NCBI RefSeq assembly: GCF_018977255.1
Contig: NW_024704743.1
Location: 101,868,001 to 101,932,000, forward strand
DNA length: 64,000 bases
From: Callorhinchus milii
Taxonomy: Eukaryota
Direction: 5' to 3'
In this document: positions 12,500 to 24,908 of the stretch, piece by piece
How the letters are laid out: each line of letters opens with the position of its first letter
How positions within the stretch are numbered: the first letter of the stretch is position 1
The notes under the pieces: model-generated
Seen by the model: only the letters and a program-made list of their open reading frames with translations
What the model was told of the DNA's origin: nothing
Databases searched by the model: none
Translations under genes and position numbers: made by a program

Positions 12500-14078
12500 G
12501 CCTACCTCCCACACTGAGTTATCCTCCTCACTCACTCTCCTCCATAACTCCCTCTCCACCACTCTTGATGCCCTTACCCCCCTCACGTCCCGAACCGCCT
12601 CCTACTCGTGAACCTCACCGCTGTACACCAGCCACCTCCGCTCCCTTAAGAGTCGGTTGCGGGCCACCTGGCTCAAGTCTGATCTATCGGTCCACTGGTG
12701 GACCTGGCTGGATCACATCAAAACGTACTACTTCGCCCTCGCCTCCGCCAAATCGTCCTTCTACTCTAAGATAATCTTGGAGATGAAGGATAACCCCAGG
12801 TACCTTCTCTCCACTACCACCCGGATCCTCCAGTCACCCTCCCTTGTCTCGCCCATTCTCTCCTCAAACTCTGACTGTGAGGAGATGCTGGATTTTCTCA
12901 ATTCCAAAATTGAGGGGATCCATTCAGCTGCCTTCACCCTACCAATCACCACTCCCTCCCCATCTACCCCCCATACTCTGACCCCTACCCATCCCTCCCT
13001 CCACATCTTCGAACCTGTCTCCCCCTCCTCTCTCATCACCACCATATCCAACATGAAACACCATATCCACCTGCTCCCTTGACCCCATCTCCACCCCTTT
13101 CCTTACCTCCCAACTCAACCTCCTCAGCCCTCTACTCTCCCGACATCATCAATTTCTCCTTATCACCCGGCACCATTTCTATTCCCTTAAAAATAGCTAT
13201 AATCACCCCCATCCTGAAAAAACCTTCTGTGGACCCATCCTTGTTTTCTAACTATCAGCGCATTTCCAACCTCCCTTTTCTTTCCAAGGCCCTTAAAAGA
13301 GTCATTGCTTCCCAGCTTCGCTCATTCCTCGCCTACCATTCCTTTCACGAGCCCCTCCAAACGAGTTTCTGTGCTGCTGCTTTCAATACCATGGACCACT
13401 CCAACCACTTTTTCTCTCACCTCAACCTTCAAGATTCTGTGCTTGAATGGTTCAGTTCTTAACTTTCGCACTGTCTCCAATTTGTCTCCACCAACGGTTT
13501 GTCTTCCAGCCTCCGCACAGTCTCGTGGGATGTTCCCCAGAACTCTGTCCTCAGTTCCCTTCTCATCAACCTCTACAAGCTCCCACTTGATGACTTCATC
13601 CGTAGACATGGTGTCAACTTCTACATGTATGCGGATGACACCCAACTCTATCTCTCTGCCTCCACCCTCGATTTCAAGACAACTGACGCCCTTACAAACT
13701 ATCTGCTATTAGGACATTAAGTCCTGCATGAGAGAAAACTTTCTACAGCTTAATGTCAGCAAGACTGAGGCCCTCCTGATTGGCTCGTGCCAGCGCCTCC
13801 ACACCGACCCACCCTACCATCGGCGAGCTCTCTGTCCTCACCCTTTGGAACTCCATCCCACAATCCCTTTGTCTTGCTCCCTCCTTTATCTCCTTCAAGG
13901 CACGACTCAAGACCCTCCTTTTCTACCGTGCCTTCGTCCACCGTCCTGCCTCTCTGCCCTCCCTCACCCCAACCCTGCCCCCCCACGCTCGGACCCTGAT
14001 CCCCGACTGTTCACCACCTTGGTACATCCTCCTGACGTGAAAGGCGCTTTACAAATGTAATTTTGTTGTTGTTGTTGT
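12500..14078 (+). mobile_element. Decayed L2 LINE ORF2 (RT) with internal deletions
   Basis: [60 protein letters not shown]; type 1 tail with (TTG)n. Confidence 0.92.
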
Positions 14079-14164
14079 CAGTGCCAAAAATAACATGTGT
14101 GTCAATATATGGGAATTTCAAGCAGAATGTTATAGCCCCATTATCTATTAGAATAAAGGTAGCA

Positions 14165-14705
14165 AGCTTGAAGCCTGGCTCAGTTGGCAGCTCTTTTGTC
14201 TCTTCGTCATTGAATCAGAAGGTTGTGGGCTCCAACCCCGTGTCTCATATAGTATAGGCTGACACACTAATGCAGTGCTTGGGTTGTGCTGCATTGTCAG
14301 AAGTGCTGTCCTTCAGATGAAGTGTTAAACCAAAGTCCTTCCTGCTTGTTCAAATGGATGATAAAGGGCACATGGCACTACTCAAAAAAAGAAGGAAATT
14401 TCTCCTGGTGTCTTGGCCAAGAATATCCCTGATCAAAAAAAAACTGGTCATTCACTTCATGACTGTTTGGGGGATATTGCAATAACAAACTGGCTGTCAC
14501 GTTCACCTACGCAAAATGCAGTCACTGCATTTTACAATAAATCCAATGAACTACTTTAAGACATACTTTCAAAGTGAAAGGCACTATACCAATATATTCT
14601 GTGAAGCGCTTTGAGATGTCTCAAAGATATAATAAGGCGCTATATCAAATGCAATGATTATTATTATCATTATTATTATATCAGATGCAAGGATTATTAT
14701 TATTT
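14165..14705 (+). mobile_element. Old Deu-domain SINE plus additional SINE tail fragments
   Basis: CCTGGCTCAGTTGG head, GCTGCATTGTCAGAAGTGCTGTCCTTCAGATGAAG core, repeated ATGCAAGGATTATTATT-type tails. Confidence 0.8.
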
Positions 14706-16219
14706 ATTACAAATCTAAAAAAATGGTGTGGGTATTTCAGAAATGAAAGGAAATCTTGACGAAGCAAAGGATGGAGATTTTGACATATTTGGTGAATGCA
14801 TGAGAATACAAAGGGCATAAGGTTGACAGAAGGAAATCTTAAAGATCTTAGAGGCACTGATGGGGGAGGTGTAAAATGACTTTCACAAATTGTGTCACAA
14901 ATATGTGAGACATAACTGATTTTTCACACCATCAATAACTTTCGCAATGGAGGTGGAAAGCTTATGCGGATGAATTGGAATGGTATCTTCAGCGATGACA
15001 TCTACTTTGATGTGCAGTCTGTCCTGTATGAAAAAAATTGTTGTTGTGCATATCTTGGTATATATTAAAAAAAAATTTAATACCACTTTTACATTTCCAA
15101 TTAAATTGCAATCAAGCTGGTGCAGGTTTGAATTTGTCACAGTTCAATAAAATGTTTGAAATATACATGAGCTCTGATTTTAGCTCCATTTTGATACCAA
15201 CCCTCAAGTGAGTTTGCCCAATTTTAGGCAAATTGTAGTGAGCTTTATGCTTTGCATTTGTATCCTCTAGGAGCTCTGGGTTGAAATCAGGCTGTTCAGA
15301 TACATTTTATTTAAAATCTTTGGCAGCTGGTGAAGATAAACAGAGTGATATCTTGATCAAATCTGTTTGAGTTGGCATTCCAGAGGTGAACGGAGGGAAC
15401 TTATTTAAGAATTAAAAAATAAATATACAAGCGTAAAGGGAATTTGTAACTGCTCTTTTTTTGAAAAAGAAATCTTGAGCTTTCAGAAAGGCTACGAATT
15501 GTTGGATGCAAGTCGGAAATGTTCTAGGGATAAGTCAATTTTGGTGGCTTTCAGCTCTGGAATCTAAATTTCTATCAATTCTATGGGATATGATCTTCTC
15601 CGTCTGTTTGTTGTTGGAGTCTTGCATAAAATAGATTGCAAAGTCTCAACCCAATTCTTAGGGATATGAGATCAGAACACAAAAAACAACTCATAAAATT
15701 AGAATCTCAATCAGAATTAGCTTTCAGTCACCAACTGGAAAATATGACATTTCTTACATGCAATGTTTTCCAAAAAGATTTCACAACATAACAAATACGT
15801 TAAGAAAGAATACATTTTCATCCCAAATCTTTTTCAGTTTGCTAATTGTGCTAAACTGAGACATTTAAGGTAATAAGGAACAGGCTAACCAAATGCTGGA
15901 TAAATTTGGCAGGTAAGCAGACAAATGTCCCCATATTCGGATATCCCAAAGTGCTTCACGGGAAAAGTGCAGTGATTGTGTGTTTTGTGTGAAACGTTGT
16001 CATTTACTATATTTTAACTTGGAGATAGGAACATAGGAAACCAGGAACAGGAGGATGTCATTGACCCCATCGATCCTGTTTCATCAGATCTTTTTATCTC
16101 AATGCCACACCCTTTGGGCAAAACTGCTATGACCAAGACCTGTACTATCTCTCTTTTAAACACACAATAAAGGTTTACAATATTATTTCTAATTATATGA
16201 AATAATTAACTTGTGTTAA

Positions 16220-16635
16220 CAACTGAGTTGGTAGCGCTCTCCCCTCTGAGTGTGAAGGTTGTGGCTTCAAGCCCCATGTTTTACACCAGGCCTCTGAGCT
16301 CATAATCAAGCCTGACAACACTTCAGTGCAGTGCAGTGGGAGTGCCATCCTTTCAATAAGACATTAAACTGAGGCCACGTCTGCCTGTTCAGCTGGATGT
16401 TAATGATCCCATAACACTATGGAAAAAGAAAATGAGTGTATTTGCTAACAATCTCCTGATAAAATTAGTAATTCACTTCATGGCTGTTTGTTGGATGTTG
16501 TTATGCACAAATTGATTGCTGTGTTCGACTACACATGCACAGTCACTACACTTTACAACTAATCCAATGAAGCGCTTTAAAATGTTTTGATAACTTGATA
16601 AGGGGATAAGAAATGCAAAGATTAGTGTTATTATT
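16220..16635 (+). mobile_element. Old Deu-domain SINE
   Basis: AGTTGGTAGCGCTCTCCCCTCTGAGT head; GACATTAAACTGAGGCCACGTCTGCCTGTTCAGCTGGATGTTAATGATCCCAT core. Confidence 0.8.
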
Positions 16636-17024
16636 GTTCACTGGTGTAAGGCCTCAATTCATCTTTAATGCTGATACTTGAATTTTCTAATATGCAATAT
16701 TTTATTAGGAGTCAGAACCACTTTTTTGGATACATAAATCCATTCATGCACATTCATCCATTTGCCTTGTCTATCACCATGATCTTTGCAATCTCTAACG
16801 ATTACTTTCAAAATGTTTCTCCTCTTCCAATATGCCTCTTATGTGATTTTAGTTACTTTAAGCACCGCAATGATGACCTTACATTGCTCAATATTAAATG
16901 TCAGATATGATTCAACTGGTTATTTTTCAAAGTTTTGTTAGACATTTTGAAGCCAATCCTGCTATTCAAAAGAACATGCCTCTTTTCTTCTTTCTGGAAT
17001 GTTTTGTTAATTGTAACACTACTG

Positions 17025-17400
17025 TAATCATTGCATTTGATATAGTGACTTATCACATTGTCAAGACATCTCAAAGCTGTTTGTAGGATTCTACCTTGAA
17101 GTGTAGTGACTGAGTATTTTTGGTAACGAGGACAGCCAATTTGCAGTCAACAATATCCCACAAACAGCCATGAAGTGAATAACCAATTTTATTTGGAGAA
17201 TGTTGGCCAGAACACTAGGAGAAACACCATTCTCTTTTTGAATAATGCCACGGAATCCATAATGTCCTTTTGAACAGAGAGACAGGACATCAATTTAATG
17301 TCTTATCGGAAGAAATTCACCTTTGACAATGCATGGCTTCCCTGAAACACTGCATTGGAGTGTAACCCTAGACTGAATTTACAAATAACCTTTTGACTCA
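17025..17400 (-). mobile_element. Old Deu-domain SINE
   Basis: Reverse complement of Deu core and tail (TTGCATTTGATATAG, CCCACAAACAGCCATGAAGTGAAT, GTTGGCCAGAACAC). Confidence 0.75.
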
Positions 17401-19214
17401 TAATACAGCATATTAGTTACATTTACACATACCACATCTTTTAAATATGCTGCGCAAATTCTTTGGATTTCAGCTGTTACCTCCTTTGCATGGTTTATAT
17501 GTAATTCATTCATTCACTATTGCTGCATTTATCCTCCCTGAACTCTGTTTGCACCATCCCTTTCAGGCTGTCATAGTCAAAGAGAGGATCAGACCTTGTT
17601 ATGGATCAGTTAGGGTTTTGAGGTGTGTGGGATAAAAGATGAGGAAAGGAAGAGGGCGGAAAGAGAAAGGAGCAGCTCCTGTTCCCTGACTCTTGATTTT
17701 ATACATGAATTTAACCTATTTAATAAATAACAAAGCATTCATCTATACTTGATTTCATTTTATTTTGTCTATTGCAAAGCAATATAGTGGTATAATAGGA
17801 TTTAAAACACACTAATTCCACCTACCTATACCTTTAGGCTGACATTCAACAACACCTTTTTCTCAAGGGGACACGGTACTAATTTATAATCAATTCTCCA
17901 TTAGCTTACAAATGTAATAGCTTCTTACTTCTGGATAGTGTGCAATGGAATCATCAATTAAGAGTAGATATCACATGTCCCCATTGATCAAATATGATCA
18001 TATCGACCAGGTAAGCCAGCTCAATGTGCTGTTGAAGAGGATTGGGGAATTGTGAGGAAATTGTATATGACATACTGATGACAATGTTGATATCATAATT
18101 CATTCACTTTTTTTTGAATTTTGATGTTCCAAAGTCTAAATTCCTTTGCACACTGTTCTTCAACTAGTTTCATGTTTTGCTTCAAACTGCATTTCAAATT
18201 GTACCACTTCTGTCAGATCTTTTTGACTAAACAACCTGAAATTTCAATTAGCCTTAGCTGTAAGTCCATGATGTCTTAAAATTTAAGGTCAGGCAGAAAT
18301 GTGGAAACTTCTTTAATTCACTCTTAATTTGGAAGATAATTGTTGGCCAGGACACGATTGGGAAAAACTTCTTTTTCTATGTCTGAAATGTATAATATTC
18401 ACCTGAACATGCAGGACAGGCAGTGAACTATAGTCATGGAATTGTGAAACAATTACATGCATTGTTGTGCCAAACTTATTGAAATGCATGAAAAAGCCAA
18501 ATAAAAGACTACACTAACTGTTGTAACATTATGCATTAAAAAATGAATGGAGAAAATACATACTACCCAAATATACATATTTCCAGCTATTAGTTTGATG
18601 AATCACATTAGTCTGATGAATCAAGGTGTTGCATGGAGTGTATATAAAATCTATTCCTGCTTCAGAATATAAAGAGCCTGGTGAAAGTGTGGTTTAATAA
18701 TGAATCTGAAAGGACATATTTATCTTCTTTCACACTGGTTGCACAAACAAATAAACTGCTTGAAGCTCCCAGAGATGCAGAGTAACATTTGCCATGCTTT
18801 GATTCATTCACTTATGCATTTTCAGACAAGCAAGGATTTGTTCTGCTGCTGTCTTTTTTGAACCCAGATGGAAAGTAGATCTCTGTGCAATCTAGCAAGA
18901 CCAGCTGTCAGAACATTTGCAGGAAAAGACTGCAATATTATTCATCAAATACAGTATTGTTCATGAAACCTGCAATATTGCAAGGGTGGTATGAAAATGT
19001 GGTATGCCGTGATACTTATCACCGGTTATAATTATCAGAGTTTGGGACATTCTGCTCATGGACACGTCACAGTTAACACTCCAGCCCCTAAATTAATTCA
19101 AATGATCTTGCCTGAAACCAGCCTCAGCAGCTAATGAGTTGCTAGGCTCTGCCTTTAAGACAGTAATCTCCAACTTGCATTGATTGCTACGATCTGTGTG
19201 GTGGCAGGTTGAAA

Positions 19215-19264
19215 GATAAATAAACAAACAAACAAACAAACAAACAAACAAACAAATAAATAAA

Positions 19265-19325
<61 letters not shown>

Positions 19326-19380
19326 AACAAACAAACAAACAAACAAACAAATAAACAAAATAAATAAATAAATAAATAAA
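19215..19380. repeat. Compound tetranucleotide microsatellite (AAAT/AAAC/AAGT)n forming a SINE tail
   Basis: Directly visible arrays abutting the SINE 3' end at 19381. Confidence 0.97.
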
Positions 19381-19682
19381 TCCTTGCATTTGATATAGCA
19401 CTTTTCAAGTCGGGAAGACGTCCCAAAGCGCTTCACAGAACACACTGTAAAGTGAATTGACTGTATATTTGTGGGCGAACGCGGCAGCCAATTGCGCACA
19501 GCAATGTCCCACAAACAGTCGTAGATTGAAAATGACCAATTTATTATTGTTTTTGGTTTTGGAGGGATTATTATTAGGCGTGTGGAGTAAGGAAACTTGC
19601 CCAAGATTTCGCCCTGCCTGGAATTGAACTCAGGTCTCTCGCTTGCAAAGCGAGTGCTCTAACCACTGAGCTACAGGACTCC
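19381..19682 (-). mobile_element. Full-length tRNA-Ala-derived SINE, short subfamily
   Basis: Minus strand GGAGTCCTGTAGCTCAGTGGTTAGAGCACTCGCTTTGCAAGCGAGAGACCTGAGTTCAATTCC; anticodon arm CTCGC-TTTGCAA-GCGAG. Confidence 0.96.
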
Positions 19683-19864
19683 ACTGTATGGATGCTGCCA
19701 ATGAGCTCACCACCACAGCAAGAGGTTGGGTGAAACCATTCAAACCATGTTGGAGGGGTGGTGGAGAGGCTGTTTACATATACCTATTCAATAATTGAGT
19801 CATCAAAGAATTGCTTTGTTTGATGTAATAGAAATGAAATAACTTCAGACTATTGATGCTCAAT

Positions 19865-20203
19865 CAGGGTTTGTCTTGACTCATTTGGTAAGACTCTGAC
19901 CTTTCAATCAAAATTGTGGGTTCAAGCCCCACCTTGTTAAATCTAGGTCCTGTCTGCCTGTTGAGGCACACATTAAAGAATCCCATGGCAAGGTCTCAAA
20001 AACAGAAGCAAGTTTTTCCTGGTGTCTTGGCCAACAATCCACCCACCAGATACAACTAGCCATTCACTTCATTGCTGTTTGTGGGACATTGCTGTGAGCA
20101 AATTGGCTGCGGCACTTGTCTACAAATATACAGTCAGCAAACTTGACAGTAAAACCTTGTGAAGTATTGCAAAGTTGTGAAGCTTTGACAAAGTGATAAG
20201 GCG
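19865..20203 (+). mobile_element. Old Deu-domain SINE (deleted)
   Basis: GGGTTCAAGCCC B box; GGTCCTGTCTGCCTGTT; GCTGTTTGTGGGACATTGCTGTGAGCAAATTGGCTGC. Confidence 0.72.
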
Positions 20204-20204
20204 T

Positions 20205-21185
20205 AAAAAACCCTCTAGCTGTCATTAACCCATCCTCAAAAACCTTCGCTGGACCCATCCCAACTCTCCAGCTATCGACCCATCTCCAACCTCCCTTTCC
20301 TATTTCCTCTCTTGCCATTCACTCTATGAACCCCTCCAATTGGGTTTCCGTGCTGCCCACAGCATGGAAACAGCCCTGACAAAGTCACTATGATACTCTG
20401 TCCATTTGCGACCAGGGTTCTCCCTGCCTCCTTGTTCTCCTCAACCTCTCTGCTGCCTTTGACACTGCCGACCATTCTAAGCTCATCCACACCTCAGCCT
20501 TCATGGACCTGCCCTTACCTGGTTGAAATCCTACCTCTCCCACTGTCTCCAGTTTGTCTCCCTAACGGCTTGTCCTCCAGCCCCCGCACCATCACGTGTG
20601 TGGTCCCTCAGGGCTCTATCCTTGATCCCCTCCTTTTCAACATCTACATACTCTTGGTGACATCACTCAGAGGATACAGTTCAAGATCCTGGTCCTCACC
20701 TTCAAAACCCTCCACGGCCTTGCTCCTCCCTACCTCTGTGACCTCCTAATCCTCTCCAGTCAGTAGACTCCAGCCTGCTTCATGTCCCCCGCCTTGCCCA
20801 ACCCACCATTGGTGGGTGGGCCTTCAGCCTCTTTGACCCCACTCTCTGCAACCCATCCCACAGTCCATATGCCTTGCTCCCTCCCTTTCCTCCTTCAAAA
20901 CCTGTCTCATGACTCTCCTCTTTTCAAAGCTCTGCACGGCCTTGCTCCTCCCTACCTTTGTGATCTCCTAACCCCCTATCAATCAACCTGTCTGCTCCCT
21001 CCTCTCAGCGGGGTCCGGCCTGCTTCACGTTCCCCGCCCTTCCCGCCCCACCATTGCCGGGCAGGCCTTCAGCATCTCTGCTACCACCCTCTGGAACTCC
21101 ATCCCACAGTCTCTCCACCGCACCCACTCCCCTCCGTCAAGCCCCGACTCAAGACCATCCTTTTCGTCCATGCCTTCGGTCACCA
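20205..21185 (+). mobile_element. Decayed L2 LINE fragments (RT pieces and two C-terminal segments)
   Basis: [44 protein letters not shown]-type segment occurs twice. Confidence 0.85.
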
Positions 21186-21689
21186 AAAAAATAACATAAG
21201 AGTTGTTTAAATTGTCACAGATGGTAACAAGTAAAAATAAGCAACAAAGCATAGAAATAAAAAAAGTGAAAAAAAACTTTTTTATTGATTCTTGTAAACC
21301 TATAAATCAGATTCTGGGACTTTTAAATAATGATTGCTATACTCTTACAGAAGCAGTCTTTCAAGTCCTCAGCGGTTAGGGATCATTTTGGCAATTAATA
21401 ATTAATAGTGGCTTCCCCTTGCAGAGGTCTTACTAAGTTACGATCTCAAGTCATGGGTATCAGTTTGGCTGAATCTAACAGACTGATGCAGCCACCAGAG
21501 ATTAGCACTGAATTCCTCCCTCTACATTGAGCCAAGTGAAGGCCTTATATCTGCAGAGGTAACCTTGCTTTGGCTTTCAATAAAATATGTGNAAAAAAAC
21601 CTTGCCACCCACACACAAAGAACAGTGAGTGGAATACTTTCTTTTTGAACCATTAAGTGATTTCCAACTTGCCAAATGATCAATACTGT

Positions 21690-21879
21690 TACACTAGCCC
21701 TGAAAATTTGTAATGTGTGACCTTTCATCATCGGGACTGATTCATAAGGGATGAGTGTGATCTATCTTCCACAGCAGATGACTGCATATTCTCTCCAAGA
21801 TTTACTTCAACATCGAAAGGGATAAGAATGCATTTTATTTCCATACCTTCTGCACAAAGAATTAACTTTCTTATCATGT
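21690..21879 (+). repeat. Local duplication block A, copy 1 (copy 2 at 23294-23495)
   Basis: TACACTAGCCCTGAAAATTTGTAATGTGTGACCTTT...GCACAAAGAATTAACTTTCTTATCATGT present twice with few differences. Confidence 0.95.
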
Positions 21880-22084
21880 AATGTGGACTATTTGGGCGGA
21901 ATTGATATTTAAATGCTGTAACATTACATGTAATAACATTGGACATTCTGGAATATTTTTACTACTGTAATATTACCCATCTGACTTTCCTGCAGGGGTG
22001 TCCTGTCAACTATTACAAGTGATCACCAATCTTTAGCATCATGAATAATGTTAAAAAAATCACAATGTCATTCCATAGACTGGC

Positions 22085-22390
22085 AGGTCACTAATTCAAT
22101 CTGCGCCGAATTAGTTGATCTGAGCTCAGACAACATTTGGAGCCCTGTACTTTAGATTTATTTGAGGATGTGCTTTGGGAGGGGAAAATTCAGCAACGAT
22201 CCCTCTTCTACTCGCTAACCGGTGACTCCTGCTGGAATCTGTGCCTGTGCGGACACGGGATGAAGATGGATTAACCTATGTTCCTTTCCTCCGTTCCCAT
22301 GACCAACAGCCTAAAGGCATTCATTGCATAGGCCCACAGATTTAGAATGGACACTTAATTATTGGAATGGCTGAGTGTGCAGTTGCCACT
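22085..22390 (+). mobile_element. Ancient SINE-like repeat (third family, name not assigned)
   Basis: Similar to 62090-62410 (GGAGGGGAAAATTCAGC...GTGACTCCTGCTGGAATCTGTG...CCCACAGATTTAGAATGG); reverse-oriented relatives near 2240-2370 and 32300-32535. Confidence 0.6.
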
Positions 22391-22580
22391 AAAAAGTCAT
22401 TTGAAAAATTTTTAATTGGTCATATGAGATTAATCTTCAATTCTATGCAATGAAATCCAAACAATAGATATAATGATAATAAATGGAGACACAGGTAATA
22501 AAATTATATGCAAAACACTGAGTTACTCAGACCTTCATTCACTTTCCCCACCGCCACCACCACTCTCGAAATAAGCTCAG

Positions 22581-22656
22581 GATATGCTGTGACCCTCAAT
22601 TATCCATTCATGTCTGCTAATAGTGATTAGTTATGCTTCCTAAAACGTTTCAAGCA
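22581..22656 (+). repeat. Local duplication block B, copy 1 (copy 2 at 24088-24167)
   Basis: GATATGCTGTGACCCTCAATTATCCATTCATGTCTGCTAA...TTAGTTATGCTTCCTAA repeated 1507 bp downstream. Confidence 0.9.
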
Positions 22657-23293
22657 AATAGTGCAGAATTACCACCCCCCCCCACCCCATTGGCGATAAA
22701 ATCCCCCTCCCATTCTGAAAAACTGCTGCCCCTGGTATTTTTTGGTCAACCATGTGTCTGATACACATGGGAATCCATCACCATGATTAAAAGTATCCAA
22801 GCCAGACAGAGTTCCACATGTGTATATGACTTACAAGTGGAAATTTTCCTACATCTGCAATGGAATGTGTGCTCCTTCCTTGGAGGCATCATGGGAGTAT
22901 TAGGCACAGATTGGTGAAAGCCAAGGCTTGAGAACCCAAGTGTGTTTTGAAGTATTATTTGAGTTTCACCACATACTTTCACACTGTCTGGCAAGCTTTC
23001 CATGGTGATGGTCTATCTAGGATCACCCAATAATCTTTGATTTTCAGTGTTAACAGGAGCCGAGAGGGAAGGATCCCTGCCTTCTGGTAAATATAATCAT
23101 GTTTCATAAAAACCTCCATTGAATCAGAGATACAGACTGTTTTCTTTCACTGTTGACCTGCTTGAAATATATTTAAAAAATTAAAGCACTGTGGACTCTC
23201 GTGGTATAACGGTTAACCTTCTTGACAGTTACTTCCTTGGGTTCACTGGATGATGAACATGTTTTACTTCAACTTTCTATTGTTCAATTAAGG

Positions 23294-23495
23294 TACACTA
23301 GCCCTGAAAATTTGTAATGTGTGACCTTTACAAATTTACAGGACTCATTCATAAGGGATGAGTGTGATCTATCTTCCACAGCAGAACTTCATGACGACTG
23401 CATATTCTCTCCAAGATTTACTTCAACATCGACAGGGACAAGAATGCATTTTATCTCCATATCTTCTGCACAAAGAATTAACTTTCTTATCATGT
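23294..23495 (+). repeat. Local duplication block A, copy 2
   Basis: Matches 21690-21879 with a 9-bp indel and scattered substitutions. Confidence 0.95.
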
Positions 23496-24087
23496 TTGTA
23501 AAGAAATATGGGCAAGCAATACATCTCTCTCACTGAGAAAATGCTGGCAAGAAAAATTCAAATGTTCAATCACAATGTAACTGCGATGAGCGCAAAACAG
23601 AACTGAATCATAAAATGCATGGGATTATTTCACAGATAGTGAGTTGACTTACTGCATTTTGTCATAGCAAACAGTTTTTCTCTCAATGTTGTCCCCTTAT
23701 ATCTCCTTATCTAAGGATGGTGACTCATGGTTTGATGGATACTGCACATTGCCAAGTAACATTCTTTTTGTGTAGGTGAGGGCATCAAAACTAATCCTCC
23801 CACTGTTTGTTTCACACCTACACATTACAGCACACTTCACTGGATAATGTTCCAAAGTGGGATCAGAGATACATTGAAAAAAACTCATGGGTAACTAGAT
23901 TGGTAGAGTAGATGGACTGGTGGTCAACTCCTACTTGTAATTGTTAGTTTTAACTACATAGCCTTTTACATGCCTTACATTGTACTTTCATTACTTGTCT
24001 TAACTTCAATACTTCAGACAAAAGACCAGTCAATTTATTTTGAAAATAGTAATGCTGGGAATCTCAAAATGCAGGGGATAACCTCTC

Positions 24088-24167
24088 GATATACTGTGAC
24101 CCTCAAATATCCATCCGTGTCTGCTAACACTGATTATTTAGTTATGCTTCCTAAGACTTTTCAAGCA
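24088..24167 (+). repeat. Local duplication block B, copy 2
   Basis: Matches 22581-22656. Confidence 0.9.
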
Positions 24168-24908
24168 CTATTACTCTGCTACGGGTGTTTGGAACACCCT
24201 TGGCAGTAAACATATCATACTGTTGAATGATTGCATGCCTCCAGTATCAAGTGCCTATGAGTATAACTGATGATGTTTGCCTCATTTATTTTATGACACA
24301 CACTGCATCTTAATGCTTTAACCCGACTCTGTGAATTTTTTGGGTATGTGTCACTCCGAAGATCTCTGAGTAATTCACGATGATACTTGGAGGAAGATTT
24401 CTAGACAGTATATGTTAGGGAGGAATACAGCATGTGAATCTTTTTGAATTGTACGATAGGATCTTTAACTTTGTTGAAATTGCTTCACCCAAAAGCTGGT
24501 TTCTGCAGCTATTGAGCTGGTTGATAGTATCCTGACTTTTCAAAGTTGAAACAGCAGAATCAAATTTGTTGTAAGTATTTCAGAACTGGTTTCCTTAATA
24601 AAGGAGTCAAAGAAACAAGACCTGATATTAATCTTTTGGGTTCCTGAGTTAGAATCCATTCAGGCCAGGATGGTATATGTAAGCTTCCTAAAAATCCTTT
24701 CCAATAAACTAGGAGGGGTCAAATTGATGTGGGAAGTTGTTGGCAATGATGCCTATGATCGAAGTGACCTCGCTGTGAAGTTGAGCCAACAGAATTAAAC
24801 CTCTTTTCAAAATACAATAGTGATTTATGTTTTTTACATACATTGCCTCCATTGACATTGGTTTGTCCGCCAGACCATTTTCTCTCTTTTTCAAGATTTA
24901 GTGGTTAC

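Noticed and set aside
19093..19604. Hydrophobic ORFs with LLTY/LFVC repeats
   Set aside because: Translation of a microsatellite
19610..19682. tRNA-Ala(UGC) gene
   Set aside because: The tRNA-like head lacks a proper 3' acceptor strand and runs into a multi-copy SINE body; the same holds for all other copies
21592..21592. Isolated N bases (also 40190, 42393)
   Set aside because: All sit next to A homopolymers; sequencing ambiguity, not biology
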